Virus record (IMG/VR): IMGVR_UViG_3300049173_000057
Coordinates: 1 to 41,262 of that record
Origin: a virus
Lineage: Duplodnaviria > Caudoviricetes
DNA: 41,262 nucleotides
Reading direction: 5' to 3' (one strand)
Position 1 is the stretch's first letter. Each line of letters begins with the position of its first letter. The position numbers were made by a program, and so were the translations under genes. The notes under the pieces were generated by a model. It made no database searches. It was not told the DNA's origin and saw only the letters and a list, made by a program, of their open reading frames with translations. Shown here in pieces: positions 1 through 8,368 of this stretch.

Positions 1-78
1 CCCGCAACCCCACCCGGCCCGCACCGCGGCCTACGAGCAGCAGACCACCGACACCACCGCACCGATCGGAGCCACCAC

Positions 79-345
79 ATGACCACGCTCACGCCCTCAG
101 AAGGCAAGTGCGCCCGCTGCAAGCAGCCCCGCCCCCTCTTCCCCTACAAGCCCGAACACGACTGCATCGACACCCTCGGCCGCGTCGACCTCATCGAAGC
201 CGCCCAACTCATCGCCGAGATCGACGACCAAGGCGACCGCTGGTGCCTCGCCCGCATCGACCGCCGCCCGCTCCGCCTCTGCGTGCCCTGCCACGACAAA
301 GAGCACCGCGACGAGCTCGCCCACATCGACCAGCACGACCTCTGA
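79..345 (+). CDS. Hypothetical phage protein with CxxC motifs
   Basis: GGAG upstream; CARC and CVPC motifs; GC-rich third positions. Confidence 0.7.
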   Translation: MTTLTPSEGKCARCKQPRPLFPYKPEHDCIDTLGRVDLIEAAQLIAEIDDQGDRWCLARIDRRPLRLCVPCHDKEHRDELAHIDQHDL

Positions 346-386
346 CCGCCGTCTCGTCCCGTCAACACCCACACCGGAGCCAACCC

Positions 387-785
387 ATGAGCACAGCCCC
401 GCTCAACCGAGTCCAGCTCGACGAGATCGCCACCCGCGCCGCCCACCTCTACGAGTACGTCGAGCAGCCGCAGGAAGCCGACATCCTGGCCGGGACCGAC
501 GTGCCCGCCCTGCTCGCCGAGATCCAGCGCCTCACGGACCGCGTCGCCGAGTTGGAGACCTACGCCCACGGCTGCGACGGGGAAGGCTGCGTGATCCCGC
601 ACTCCTCGTGGTGCGAGGTCGCGCAGAAGACCGCCGCAGAGAACGACGGCTGCACCTGCCCGCAGCCCTGGAAGGGACACCCGCAGCCCCACGCCGGGTA
701 CTGCTGGCTCGTCTCCCCGCCCCGCAACGAGATCGAGGAGATGCGCCGCGCCCTCGCCAAGCGCAGCGAGGCGGCCGTTCGATGA
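387..785 (+). CDS. Hypothetical phage protein (Cys/His-rich C-terminus)
   Basis: ATG at 387 after GGAG within ORF 108..785; DVPALLAEIQRL motif typical of actinophage early proteins. Confidence 0.7.
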   Translation: MSTAPLNRVQLDEIATRAAHLYEYVEQPQEADILAGTDVPALLAEIQRLTDRVAELETYAHGCDGEGCVIPHSSWCEVAQKTAAENDGCTCPQPWKGHPQPHAGYCWLVSPPRNEIEEMRRALAKRSEAAVR

Positions 786-1153
786 GCCCGACCCGCATCC
801 AGCGCCGCCGCACCAAGGGATGGCGCAAGCCCGACAACTGCGTGATCGTCACCCGCCCCTCCCGCTTCGGAAACCCCTTCACCCTCGCTGGGGCCATGGA
901 ATGGCTCGGCGCCGAGACCCCGGAACAGGCGCGCGAAGCCTGCCACATGGCGTTCCGGTCCTGGGTGCGCGGTTCCGATCAGTGGTGGATGGGCCCCGAG
1001 GCAGCCGCCACCCGCAAGCGCCTCCTCGACGCGCTGCCCGAGCTGCGCGGCAAAGACCTCGCCTGCTACTGCCCGCTGCCCGAGCCCGGCCAGCCGGACC
1101 ACTGCCACGCCGCCGTGCTGCTCGAACTCGCCAACCAGGAGACCCCGCGGTGA
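782..1153 (+). CDS. DUF4326 domain protein
   Basis: PTRIQRRRTKGWRKP, VTRPSRFGNPF and ELRGKDLACYC...CHAAVL motifs; ATGA overlap with previous gene. Confidence 0.85.
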   Translation: MSPTRIQRRRTKGWRKPDNCVIVTRPSRFGNPFTLAGAMEWLGAETPEQAREACHMAFRSWVRGSDQWWMGPEAAATRKRLLDALPELRGKDLACYCPLPEPGQPDHCHAAVLLELANQETPR

Positions 1154-1329
1154 GCCCGCTCGACCGGCTGCTCCTGGAGCTCGTCCCCACCCGGCCCGCA
1201 CCCGCCACCCCCGGCGGTATCTGGTCGGAGGCGCAGCAGGACGAGCACTGGGCCCTGCTGTGCGAATCCGTCGGCACCCCCGGCGCACCACGGCCCCCGC
1301 GCCCCGACGAGCAGCAGACCGCCGCCTGA
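1150..1329 (+). CDS. Hypothetical protein
   Basis: GTGA coupling with upstream stop; VSPLDRLLLEL... Confidence 0.6.
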   Translation: MSPLDRLLLELVPTRPAPATPGGIWSEAQQDEHWALLCESVGTPGAPRPPRPDEQQTAA

Positions 1330-1350
1330 CCACCCACACGAGGAGACACC

Positions 1351-1620
1351 GTGAGCACGACACCCGAGCACAAGTCCGAGCCCTGGTACTGGGAGGCGGG
1401 CAGCGACGAGTGCCCCCACGGGCCCGAGCCCGACGACATCGCCGATCCGGCCGGTTGGGACGAGTACCACGACCGTCACCCCGGCAGCCCGCAGGACGTC
1501 CGCATCTGCCTCGACGCGCCGATGGGTGACCACTGCCCGGCCTGCTTCGAGGAGTCCGGCGGCGACCCGATTCCGTGGGCCGACTGCCCGGAGAACCCCG
1601 CCGCCACCCCTGCCCCGTGA
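1351..1620 (+). CDS. Hypothetical acidic Cys/His protein
   Basis: GAGGAG RBS, GTG start. Confidence 0.65.
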   Translation: MSTTPEHKSEPWYWEAGSDECPHGPEPDDIADPAGWDEYHDRHPGSPQDVRICLDAPMGDHCPACFEESGGDPIPWADCPENPAATPAP

Positions 1621-1628
1621 CCGCAGAC

Positions 1629-1657
1629 GGCCCGGGCTGTCGATAGCAGCCCGGGCC
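1629..1657. terminator. Intergenic stem-loop (terminator or processing site)
   Basis: GGCCCGGGCTG-7 nt-CAGCCCGGGCC perfect 11-bp stem. Confidence 0.5.
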
Positions 1658-1691
1658 TGGCACCCACCGTACCCACACCCGGAGGAACACC

Positions 1692-1958
1692 GTGACCAAG
1701 CACCTGCCACCCGGAACTCCCGTTGCCTACTACCCCGGCGACGGACATCTGCCCGAAGCCCACTGGCACGGGATCGTCCTGCACCACCACGACAACGGTG
1801 TTGGCGGCTTGCTCGGCCTCACCGACATCGAGTGCACCGACCCGCATCGGTTCCTCAATCAGCGGCCCGGTCACGTCACCACCGTCGAGACGAAGAAGCT
1901 CCGGCGGACCGAGACCCCGCAGCCGGAGCAGCCTTCGCTGTTCGACCCCGTCGCCTGA
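1692..1958 (+). CDS. Hypothetical protein
   Basis: GGAGG RBS, GTG start. Confidence 0.65.
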   Translation: MTKHLPPGTPVAYYPGDGHLPEAHWHGIVLHHHDNGVGGLLGLTDIECTDPHRFLNQRPGHVTTVETKKLRRTETPQPEQPSLFDPVA

Positions 1959-2010
1959 CCACCCCACCGGCCGGCCGTCTCGCGCGGCCAGCCCCACCCC
2001 TGGAGGACCA

Positions 2011-2766
2011 GTGACCGACCAGACCGCCGAAGGCTTCATCCCGCCCGCCGCTCAGGGCCTGCCCGCCGGAACGCTGGAGGCTGCCGAGATCGGCGCCAAC
2101 CGGCTCGACGCATGGGCCCGAACCCCGCAGGGCCGGAACTTCCTCGCCCACGCCCTGGTGCAGCTGGCCCGCACCGGCTGGCTGCGGCAGGAGCCGGGTG
2201 ACGGCTTCGAGCCTATGGCCGACCGGCCGCCTGCCGAGCCCGCCGCCGACCGGGCCGCTCCCGCCGTGTGGGTCGACGGGCATCCGCAGTTGGAGGCCAT
2301 CGCTGCCGCGGTGTGGGAGCAGTGCGGGCGCAGCGACAGCGGTATGTGCGTCGAGGACGACCCGCGGAACATCGCCGTTGCCGCGCTCGCCGCCGTGCTG
2401 CCCGCGCCCACCGACCGGGCCGCCGTGCTGCGGGAAGCCGCCGACGCCCTCGACAACTCGGAGCGCCTGCGCGACCTCACCGACGACCACATGCTCGACA
2501 TCAACGCCGCCGCGGACGAGCTGCGCCGCATGGCCGACGAGGCGCAGCAGGACGGGGAGGCGCCCGGGGAGACCCTCGACCTCACCGACGGTCCCGTCCG
2601 CTGCCCCCTCTGCCCCCACCCCGTCACCCTCCACACCCCGAACGGAGCGCGCGCCCACTTCACCACCGTCCACCCCGAGCAGCGCACCACCGGCCGAGGC
2701 CCCGGCCCGTGGCCACTGCTGGTGACCAACGAAGACGAGGCGCAGCAGGGCGGCCCGCAGTCGTGA
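2011..2766 (+). CDS. Hypothetical phage protein with C-terminal C2H2-like motif
   Basis: GGAGG RBS, GTG at 2011; DRAAVLREAAD motif; CPLC...HFTTVH. Confidence 0.7.
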   Translation: MTDQTAEGFIPPAAQGLPAGTLEAAEIGANRLDAWARTPQGRNFLAHALVQLARTGWLRQEPGDGFEPMADRPPAEPAADRAAPAVWVDGHPQLEAIAAAVWEQCGRSDSGMCVEDDPRNIAVAALAAVLPAPTDRAAVLREAADALDNSERLRDLTDDHMLDINAAADELRRMADEAQQDGEAPGETLDLTDGPVRCPLCPHPVTLHTPNGARAHFTTVHPEQRTTGRGPGPWPLLVTNEDEAQQGGPQS

Positions 2767-3005
2767 TCGCCGACGCCGTCGACACCGCGTCCACCGTCAT
2801 CGCCGCCGCCGTCATGTGGGTGGCGGTGGCGGGTGGGCTCACGGCCGGGCTCGTCCTGGCCCTGTGCGTGGCGCTCAGCGCCCGTCTCCGGGCCTCACGC
2901 GCCTCGCAGGCCCCACGAGTCCATCCCGCGCCCCAACGGCCGTCAGCCGCCCGCACAGCCCCGTGGGCCCACAGCCAGCCACTCACCTACGAGGAGACGG
3001 CGTGA
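2763..3005 (+). CDS. Small membrane protein
   Basis: GTGA coupling; hydrophobic N-terminal segment. Confidence 0.55.
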   Translation: MIADAVDTASTVIAAAVMWVAVAGGLTAGLVLALCVALSARLRASRASQAPRVHPAPQRPSAARTAPWAHSQPLTYEETA

Positions 3006-3094
3006 ACCTCGCCCGAGCCGTCGGCGCCCTCTGCCCCCTGGCCTTCCTCGCCGCCGCCATCCTGCTCCCCGTACTCCTCCGGAGGAACCGATGA
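3002..3094 (+). CDS. Very small membrane peptide (30 aa)
   Basis: GAGGAG RBS; coupled at both ends; one TM helix. Confidence 0.5.
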   Translation: MNLARAVGALCPLAFLAAAILLPVLLRRNR

Positions 3095-3411
3095 CCAACC
3101 AACTCCCGCGCCGCTTCCACCTCCAACGCGACCGCGACATCAGCGGCGTCTCCGGCACCGGACGCGTCGCAAACGGCGTCCTCTGGCCCGACGGCACCGC
3201 AACCGTCCGCTGGATAGGCGACCGCCCCTCCACCGTCCACTGGGACCGCGTCACCGACGCCGAAGCCGTCCACGGCCACGGCGGCGCCACCCGCATCATC
3301 TGGGACGACCCCGCCGAACACCGCGGCAACGGCGCCAACGCCGAGGACTGCCCCGCCTGCACGGGCACCAACCCGCCCTACCCGTTCACCTGCCCCGGAG
3401 GCGCGTCGTGA
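3091..3411 (+). CDS. Conserved actinophage hypothetical protein
   Basis: GGAGG RBS; RFHLQRDRDISGVSGTGRVANGV and HGHGGATRI motifs. Confidence 0.75.
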   Translation: MTNQLPRRFHLQRDRDISGVSGTGRVANGVLWPDGTATVRWIGDRPSTVHWDRVTDAEAVHGHGGATRIIWDDPAEHRGNGANAEDCPACTGTNPPYPFTCPGGAS

Positions 3412-3623
3412 TCCCCGCCTCCGACCTGGTCGCCTACCTCACGATCACCGCCGTCCTCGCCCTCGCCACCGGCTGGGCCGTCGGCTACCGAACCCGGCCC
3501 GAGCCCCGCCGCACCTGGGCGTGCGCCCGCTGCGACGACGCCGCCCTCCGCGCCGAAGCCGCCCGCTTCAACGCCGTCATCGCCGGCCTCGACCTCGACC
3601 TGCCCGACCAGGAGCAGCAGTGA
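3408..3623 (+). CDS. Small membrane protein with CxxC
   Basis: GTGA coupling; N-terminal TM helix. Confidence 0.6.
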   Translation: MIPASDLVAYLTITAVLALATGWAVGYRTRPEPRRTWACARCDDAALRAEAARFNAVIAGLDLDLPDQEQQ

Positions 3624-3949
3624 CCGACCGCAAGACGCTCGACCAGATGACCAGCGACGACCTCGACGCCCTGTACGGACGGCTGGACAAGGCCGAGCAG
3701 GAGACCACGGCCACAGCCGCCGCTGCCGCCCACCTCACCAGCCTCGTCCTGGACCGGGCCGAACGCGCCGAAGCCGCCATCGCCCGGGCCCGCGCCCTGC
3801 ACCACGACTGGGAAGCGGACCCCGGGCACTGCGCCCACTGCCAGGACGGCATGGGAACCCCGCTGCCCTGGCCCTGCCCCACGCTGCGTGCCCTCGACGG
3901 GCCCGCGCCCGGCCCGGCAGCGACCCAAGCGACCGAGGAGCAGCCGTGA
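3620..3949 (+). CDS. Hypothetical phage protein
   Basis: LDQMTSDDLDALY coiled-coil and CAHC...PWPCPTLRAL motif. Confidence 0.7.
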   Translation: MTDRKTLDQMTSDDLDALYGRLDKAEQETTATAAAAAHLTSLVLDRAERAEAAIARARALHHDWEADPGHCAHCQDGMGTPLPWPCPTLRALDGPAPGPAATQATEEQP

Positions 3950-4062
3950 ACCGCGACCCCGATGCCCTGCGCACCGTGTGGTTGTTCGGCAAGCCCTACT
4001 GGTGGGACCGCGTCGACGGCCGCCTCACCCTCCAACCCGCCCGCTGGATCACCGAGGAGTAG
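3946..4062 (+). CDS. Small hypothetical protein (38 aa, not in ORF track)
   Basis: GAGGAG RBS, GTGA coupling; VNRDPDALRTVWLFGKPYWWDRVDGRL... Confidence 0.5.
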   Translation: MNRDPDALRTVWLFGKPYWWDRVDGRLTLQPARWITEE

Positions 4063-4064
4063 CC

Positions 4065-4196
4065 GTGAGCAGCGTTGCCCCGTGCAGCAGCAAGGGCCGC
4101 CCCGGAGGTGTGCGCGTCGTCAAGGGCGGCCAGTACGAATGCACCCGCTGCGGAACCCGATGGCCCATGCGCGAAGACAGCCGACACTCGTCCTGA
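4065..4196 (+). CDS. Small Zn-ribbon-like protein
   Basis: GAGGAG RBS; YECTRCGTRW. Confidence 0.45.
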   Translation: MSSVAPCSSKGRPGGVRVVKGGQYECTRCGTRWPMREDSRHSS

Positions 4197-4516
4197 CTGT
4201 GGCACCATGAAGCCACTGCCCGGCGCCAACCGGGCGGGAGACATCTCGCGGCCTGAGTGCTCCCACGCCCCGCTCACCACCCCGAGCGGGGCGTTCGCGC
4301 GTCCGGACAGCACGAGGCCCGCCGTCCCGCACCCCTGCGGACTGGCGGGCCGAGCGCCTCCAAGGGCACTCCCCAACGGGGAGACCACGACCGTACGCCC
4401 ACACCCCGCCGGAACGGAAGACCCCGTCCCCGAACAGCGCGAGGCCCGCCGACAGGTACCCCTACCGCCGACGGGCCACGCTCTCCCAAGTGACCGCCGA
4501 CGCTACGCCCAGCTCG

Positions 4517-4723
4517 TCAGTGAGTCCAGACGTCCGGCCCACCACCTCGCCACTCGATCAGCTGGGCCCGCCGGACGTACGCCTCGTCGACCTCGTCCAG
4601 GCCGGCGCGCCGCAGGAACTCCACCACGTCCTTCAGGTCGAGGGCACGGCCGAGGATCTCATTGCCGGAGCGGACACGCCGGCCGCCCTGCTCATCAGGC
4701 GGGAACACGATCACCGTACGCAT
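4517..4723 (-). CDS. Conserved Streptomyces-type hypothetical protein
   Basis: MRTVIVFPPDEQGGRRVR...ILGRA...IEWRGGGPDVW. Confidence 0.7.
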   Translation of the reverse strand: MRTVIVFPPDEQGGRRVRSGNEILGRALDLKDVVEFLRRAGLDEVDEAYVRRAQLIEWRGGGPDVWTH

Positions 4724-4868
4724 GCGGCCAGCCTGCCGCAGGGGTGTGACAGCGGCATCCCGGGAGCGGCTTGACGGGCGTGCGACGCTGATGCTGCCGT
4801 GCGGCCGTCCTGCTCTGCCGACCGCCCGGCGTCTGCTCACCTACGGGATGGGGCGGAGGACAGCACAA

Positions 4869-4901
4869 CGCCCCCGGACCGGGTCACGACGGCCGGGGGC
4901 G
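4869..4901. terminator. Stem-loop downstream of minus-strand genes
   Basis: CGCCCCCGG...CCGGGGGCG inverted repeat. Confidence 0.45.
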
Positions 4902-4919
4902 CAGCTGTGCGGCGGCGGG

Positions 4920-5081
4920 TTACCCATCCTCGCCCTGCGGGCGCGGCACGCTGACCCACACCCGCCCGTTCCCGTAGGCGTCACAACCTTGCGGGTACAG
5001 CCAGTAGCCGCCCTGCTGCTGCTCATACGGCCTCAGCTGATCCCATGAGATCAGGCGGCCCTCGGGAAGCGCATTGGCCAT
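4920..5081 (-). CDS. Small hypothetical protein
   Basis: GGAGG RBS; MANALPEGRLISWDQL...; follows the stop of 5084..5617. Confidence 0.55.
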   Translation of the reverse strand: MANALPEGRLISWDQLRPYEQQQGGYWLYPQGCDAYGNGRVWVSVPRPQGEDG

Positions 5082-5083
5082 GG

Positions 5084-5617
5084 TCACCCCTCCGACGTAG
5101 GCGTCTTGCGGGCGAGGCGGCGCACCAGCTCGGCGGCGTCGTGCCACACCTGCGCCTGCTCCTCCAGATCCCGCCGCATCTCCGCCTCGGCTTCCGCCGA
5201 CAGCTCCTGCGCCTTTGCGCGCAGAGCCTCAACAGCCTCGTTGAGCGAGGCGGTACGGAACGCGTTGATCTTTCCCGACGCCTTCTCCGAGTTGTCCGGC
5301 GAGTGCTCCTTGCCCTGCATGGCGAAGGCGTACAGGTCGCTGCGGGCATCGATGGTGGTGGTCACGGGCTCTCCTTGTGGCTGTGGTGGGGCGAGGTCTG
5401 TCCGCTTGCCCTGCTTCGGCGGGTTCGCCTCGAACCAGGCGGCCACCTCGTCAGCGCGGTAACGGATCCTCGTGGAGCCCTCCGCCGGGACCGGCTGAGG
5501 GAAGGTCGCGCTGCGCCGGTACGTGTGAACCGACGATCGGCTGACCCCGTGCTCCTCCGCGATCTGCCCGATGGTGATCAAGCGCGGACTCCCCTCGGGT
5601 TCAGGGCTCTTGGGCAC
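5084..5617 (-). CDS. AlpA/excisionase-like HTH DNA-binding protein with helical C-terminal extension
   Basis: GGAGG RBS before GTG 5617; LITIGQIAEEHGVSRSSVHTYRR..FPQPV...RYRADEVAAW. Confidence 0.75.
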   Translation of the reverse strand: MPKSPEPEGSPRLITIGQIAEEHGVSRSSVHTYRRSATFPQPVPAEGSTRIRYRADEVAAWFEANPPKQGKRTDLAPPQPQGEPVTTTIDARSDLYAFAMQGKEHSPDNSEKASGKINAFRTASLNEAVEALRAKAQELSAEAEAEMRRDLEEQAQVWHDAAELVRRLARKTPTSEG

Positions 5618-5632
5618 GGCTACATCCTCCCC

Positions 5633-5659
5633 GAACTTCTGGACATTGTCCAGAAGTTC
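5633..5659. promoter_or_regulatory. Perfect 27-bp palindrome, probable operator between divergent genes
   Basis: GAACTTCTGGACA-T-TGTCCAGAAGTTC. Confidence 0.7.
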
Positions 5660-5749
5660 TGCCACTGTGGAACAGCACCAACAGAACGGCCCCAGCTGAG
5701 GGTGAGAGCTCGGCTGGGGCCAGTCATCCGCCTGCCTTGAACAGGAGAA

Positions 5750-5911
5750 ATGACCGTGGCGAAGCCTACCCAGCCGCAACAACCCGCGCACGACTCCCGC
5801 ACCTGCAACCTGTGCGGCAGCCTCCGGCACCCCGCCCTCGCCGCCGAGGGCCGCGCGCTCGCCGAGCACCTCGCCGAGCACCCCTTCCCGCAGCAGGGAG
5901 GCGCCCGATGA
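5750..5911 (+). CDS. Small hypothetical protein with CxxC (53 aa, not in ORF track)
   Basis: AGGAG RBS; MTVAKPTQ...HDSRTCNLCGSLRHP; ATGA overlap with next gene. Confidence 0.6.
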   Translation: MTVAKPTQPQQPAHDSRTCNLCGSLRHPALAAEGRALAEHLAEHPFPQQGGAR

Positions 5912-6285
5912 TCGGCGGAAGCGACATTGCGCGCCTCGCCGAGATGGAGCGCCGCGCCGAGATGGAGCGCCGCGCCCAGCAGCAAGCCGAAGCCACGGCG
6001 TGGCCGGAGGGCGTAGTCGCCCGCTACCTCACCGCCGGCGGCGCCACCGTCGACCTGACCCGGAGTAACGACCCCGAGGCCGACGGCGCCAGTCAGTGGG
6101 ACGTGACCCGGTCGACCTGCACTGGCTGTGGGGTCACCGACGCCGAGGCCTGGAACACCCGTCCGTACACCCAGCTCATCACCATCACGCAAGCCGAGAA
6201 GATCGCCACGGCCGAGGCCCGCAAGTGGGCCCAACGCCACGCCGAGAAGTGCCGCGCCATGCCGAAGCCGGAGGCGCAGCGATGA
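5908..6285 (+). CDS. Hypothetical protein (Zn-binding)
   Basis: GGAGG RBS; RYLTAGGATVD, CTGCG, WAQRHAEKCRAMP. Confidence 0.7.
   Translation: MIGGSDIARLAEMERRAEMERRAQQQAEATAWPEGVVARYLTAGGATVDLTRSNDPEADGASQWDVTRSTCTGCGVTDAEAWNTRPYTQLITITQAEKIATAEARKWAQRHAEKCRAMPKPEAQR
5938..5973 (+). repeat. 18-bp tandem duplication (AEMERR x2)
   Basis: GCCGAGATGGAGCGCCGC x2. Confidence 0.85.
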
Positions 6286-6485
6286 GCGAGCAGCCGAACC
6301 CCGTACAGGCCTACGCCGAAGCCGCCCAGAACTGCCGTGACATCGCCACCGAAGTCGGCATCCGCAACTGCGACAACGACCTCAACTGGCGCGCCGCCGA
6401 ACTCGTCGCGAACACCCGCTTCGACGAAGCCGTCGCCGCCGGACACAGCCACGACGAGGTGCTGAAGGCGGGGCGGAAGGCATGA
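6282..6485 (+). CDS. Hypothetical protein
   Basis: GGAGG RBS, ATGA coupling. Confidence 0.65.
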   Translation: MSEQPNPVQAYAEAAQNCRDIATEVGIRNCDNDLNWRAAELVANTRFDEAVAAGHSHDEVLKAGRKA

Positions 6486-6628
6486 GCGAGCAGCAGCGGG
6501 ACCTCACCCCGCGCCGGAACCGGATCGTCGCCAAACCCGCCACCCCGCAAAGGTGTGCCGAGGACTACGCCCAAGCCGCCGAAGTCCGCCGCGTCATGGA
6601 CCAGCAGCAGCGAGGGGAGCGCCGCTGA
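6482..6628 (+). CDS. Small hypothetical protein (48 aa, not in ORF track)
   Basis: Coupled at both ends; MSEQQRDLTPRRNRIVAK... Confidence 0.55.
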   Translation: MSEQQRDLTPRRNRIVAKPATPQRCAEDYAQAAEVRRVMDQQQRGERR

Positions 6629-6825
6629 TGGGCTGGTTCTCCCGCAGCGAGCCGAGCAGCAGCCGTCAGTACCCGGCCGCCGGCGTGTCCGTCACCGGAT
6701 CCGCGAGCCGCTTCCGCCGCCACAAGACCCGCGGGGCCCGGGAGGCCGGAGCCGCCGCCGAAGCGTGGGAGCAACAAGACCGCGCCCGCGACAAGCGCGG
6801 CGGCTGGCGCCGCACCACCTGGTAA
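6628..6825 (+). CDS. Small basic hypothetical protein
   Basis: TGATG coupling; MGWFSRS...AWEQQDR. Confidence 0.6.
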   Translation: MGWFSRSEPSSSRQYPAAGVSVTGSASRFRRHKTRGAREAGAAAEAWEQQDRARDKRGGWRRTTW

Positions 6826-6838
6826 CCACCCCCGATCG

Positions 6839-6882
6839 CCGTCCCCGCGCGCTTCCGTTCCCCCACGGCCGCGCGGGGGCGG
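6839..6882. terminator. Intergenic stem-loop
   Basis: CCGTCCCCGCGCG...CGCGCGGGGGCGG. Confidence 0.45.
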
Positions 6883-6906
6883 CCCCACCCGAGACGAGAC
6901 CCACGC

Positions 6907-7239
6907 ATGAGACTCCGCCACATCCTCCCGGCCATCGCCACCGCCGCGCTCGCGCTCACCGCCTGCAGCAGCCCCGAGCAGCCGGACCCCGTCGAGACCG
7001 TCACCGTGACGCCCGAGCCCACCGTCACCCCCGACGACCTCGCCGACCACACCCGGCAAACTTTCCAACTCACCTGGGCCGGCGTCACCGAAACCGAGCG
7101 CGACACCTACTGCACCAGCCTCACCCTCCTCGGCCCCGAACAAGCCGCCAACAAGATGGCGGCCGGCGGCGGCTACGACTACAGCCTCGACTGGCCGCTC
7201 ATGACGGAGCTGCTGCAAGCCGAGTGCGCGACGCGGTGA
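6907..7239 (+). CDS. Lipoprotein
   Basis: Signal peptide with lipobox LALTAC; TVTVTP linker. Confidence 0.8.
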   Translation: MRLRHILPAIATAALALTACSSPEQPDPVETVTVTPEPTVTPDDLADHTRQTFQLTWAGVTETERDTYCTSLTLLGPEQAANKMAAGGGYDYSLDWPLMTELLQAECATR

Positions 7240-7391
7240 ACGGCATCTTCCGCGCGCCGCTCGCGCGGTGGGGGTTCACGGTCCTCGCGGCCGTGGCCCT
7301 CCTCACCGCCCAGCCCGGCCCGTTCCTCGTCACGACCGCACTCGCGGCCTACGCCTGGCGCTGCAAGCCCCGCCGCCGCAGCCGCCGCTGA
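7236..7391 (+). CDS. Small membrane protein
   Basis: GTGA coupling; two short hydrophobic segments, basic tail. Confidence 0.6.
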   Translation: MNGIFRAPLARWGFTVLAAVALLTAQPGPFLVTTALAAYAWRCKPRRRSRR

Positions 7392-7411
7392 ACCGCTCCC
7401 GGAGGAGCACC

Positions 7412-8368
7412 GTGAACACGACGCGCGCCACCGGCCGCAGACTCTCCCAGCCCATCCGCGCAGCCTGGGCCCTCGTCCTCGGCATGCTCCTCGCAGCCGC
7501 AGCCTGGTCCCTCTCCGGGCAGCTCATGGACTGGGGCATGGACGAGTTGCTCGCCTGGCCCCTGTCGATCATGTTCGACGCGGCCGGACTCATCTGCGCC
7601 ACCTACGCCCGCCGCGCCGTCGAACGCGGAACCCCCGCCGGCCTCGCCCGCGCAGCGCTCCTCGTCTTCGTGTCCGTCGCCGGACTCCTCAACTGGAACC
7701 ACGGCCACGACATCGGCGGCATGCCCGCAGCAGCCGGCTTCGCCTCCCTGTCGGCCGGAGTGGAGCTCCTCTTCGAACTCCACCGGCGTGACGTACGGGA
7801 CGAGCAGCGTGCCGCCCGCGGTCTCGTCGCCGAACGCCTCCCGCATATCCCTGCGCTCGGCTGGGTCATGTACCCGGGCCGCTCCTGGCAGACGCTGCGC
7901 GCCGCGGTCGGTGTCCGCCTCGACCTCCTCGACCCCGTCCAGACCGGACACCAGCTCGCCGCCCCGGACACGGACACGCGTCCGGACAACCGGCACGACG
8001 CGACTGTCCGGGCCGCTGTCCTCGCGGCCGGGAAGACGATGCCGGACGCGTCCGCCGAGGACATCGTCGACCAGCTGTCCGCCGCCGGGATCGACACGGA
8101 CACGGACACCGTCCGGACAGTCCTCGACCAGGACACGGACAACCGTCCGGACACGACGGACAGCAGGTCAACGCGCCGCCCCGTCCGCCCGGTCCGTCCG
8201 ATCGCCCCGCCCGGACAGACCGTCGCGGACACCATCCGGACAGCCCTCGCGTCCGGCATCACGGACAAGGACGCCGTCCTGTCCTACGTCCGCAAGATCC
8301 ACGGACAGGACGTGTCCGCCGACACCGTCCGCCGGACACGCACCCGCATCGAAGGGAAGGCGTCATGA
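7412..8368 (+). CDS. DUF2637/SpdB-like multi-TM protein with C-terminal helical (HTH-like) domain
   Basis: GGAGGAG RBS; about 4 TM segments with LAWPLSIMFDAAGL, GLLNWNH, LLFEL and WVMYPGRSW motifs. Confidence 0.65.
   Translation: MNTTRATGRRLSQPIRAAWALVLGMLLAAAAWSLSGQLMDWGMDELLAWPLSIMFDAAGLICATYARRAVERGTPAGLARAALLVFVSVAGLLNWNHGHDIGGMPAAAGFASLSAGVELLFELHRRDVRDEQRAARGLVAERLPHIPALGWVMYPGRSWQTLRAAVGVRLDLLDPVQTGHQLAAPDTDTRPDNRHDATVRAAVLAAGKTMPDASAEDIVDQLSAAGIDTDTDTVRTVLDQDTDNRPDTTDSRSTRRPVRPVRPIAPPGQTVADTIRTALASGITDKDAVLSYVRKIHGQDVSADTVRRTRTRIEGKAS
7944..8340 (+). repeat. Dense array of (C)GGACA direct repeats inside the DUF2637-like gene
   Basis: About 18 GGACA copies counted by eye in ~400 bp, in all three reading frames. 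Confidence 0.8.

Noticed and set aside
4200-4516. ORFs 4075..4749, 4257..4493 and 3996..4388
   Set aside because: No clear RBS or codon bias; probably non-coding space between convergent transcription units
7944-8340. CRISPR array or protein-level repeat explanation for the GGACA repeats
   Set aside because: Repeats are only 5-8 bp with irregular spacing, no cas genes are present, and they occur in all frames
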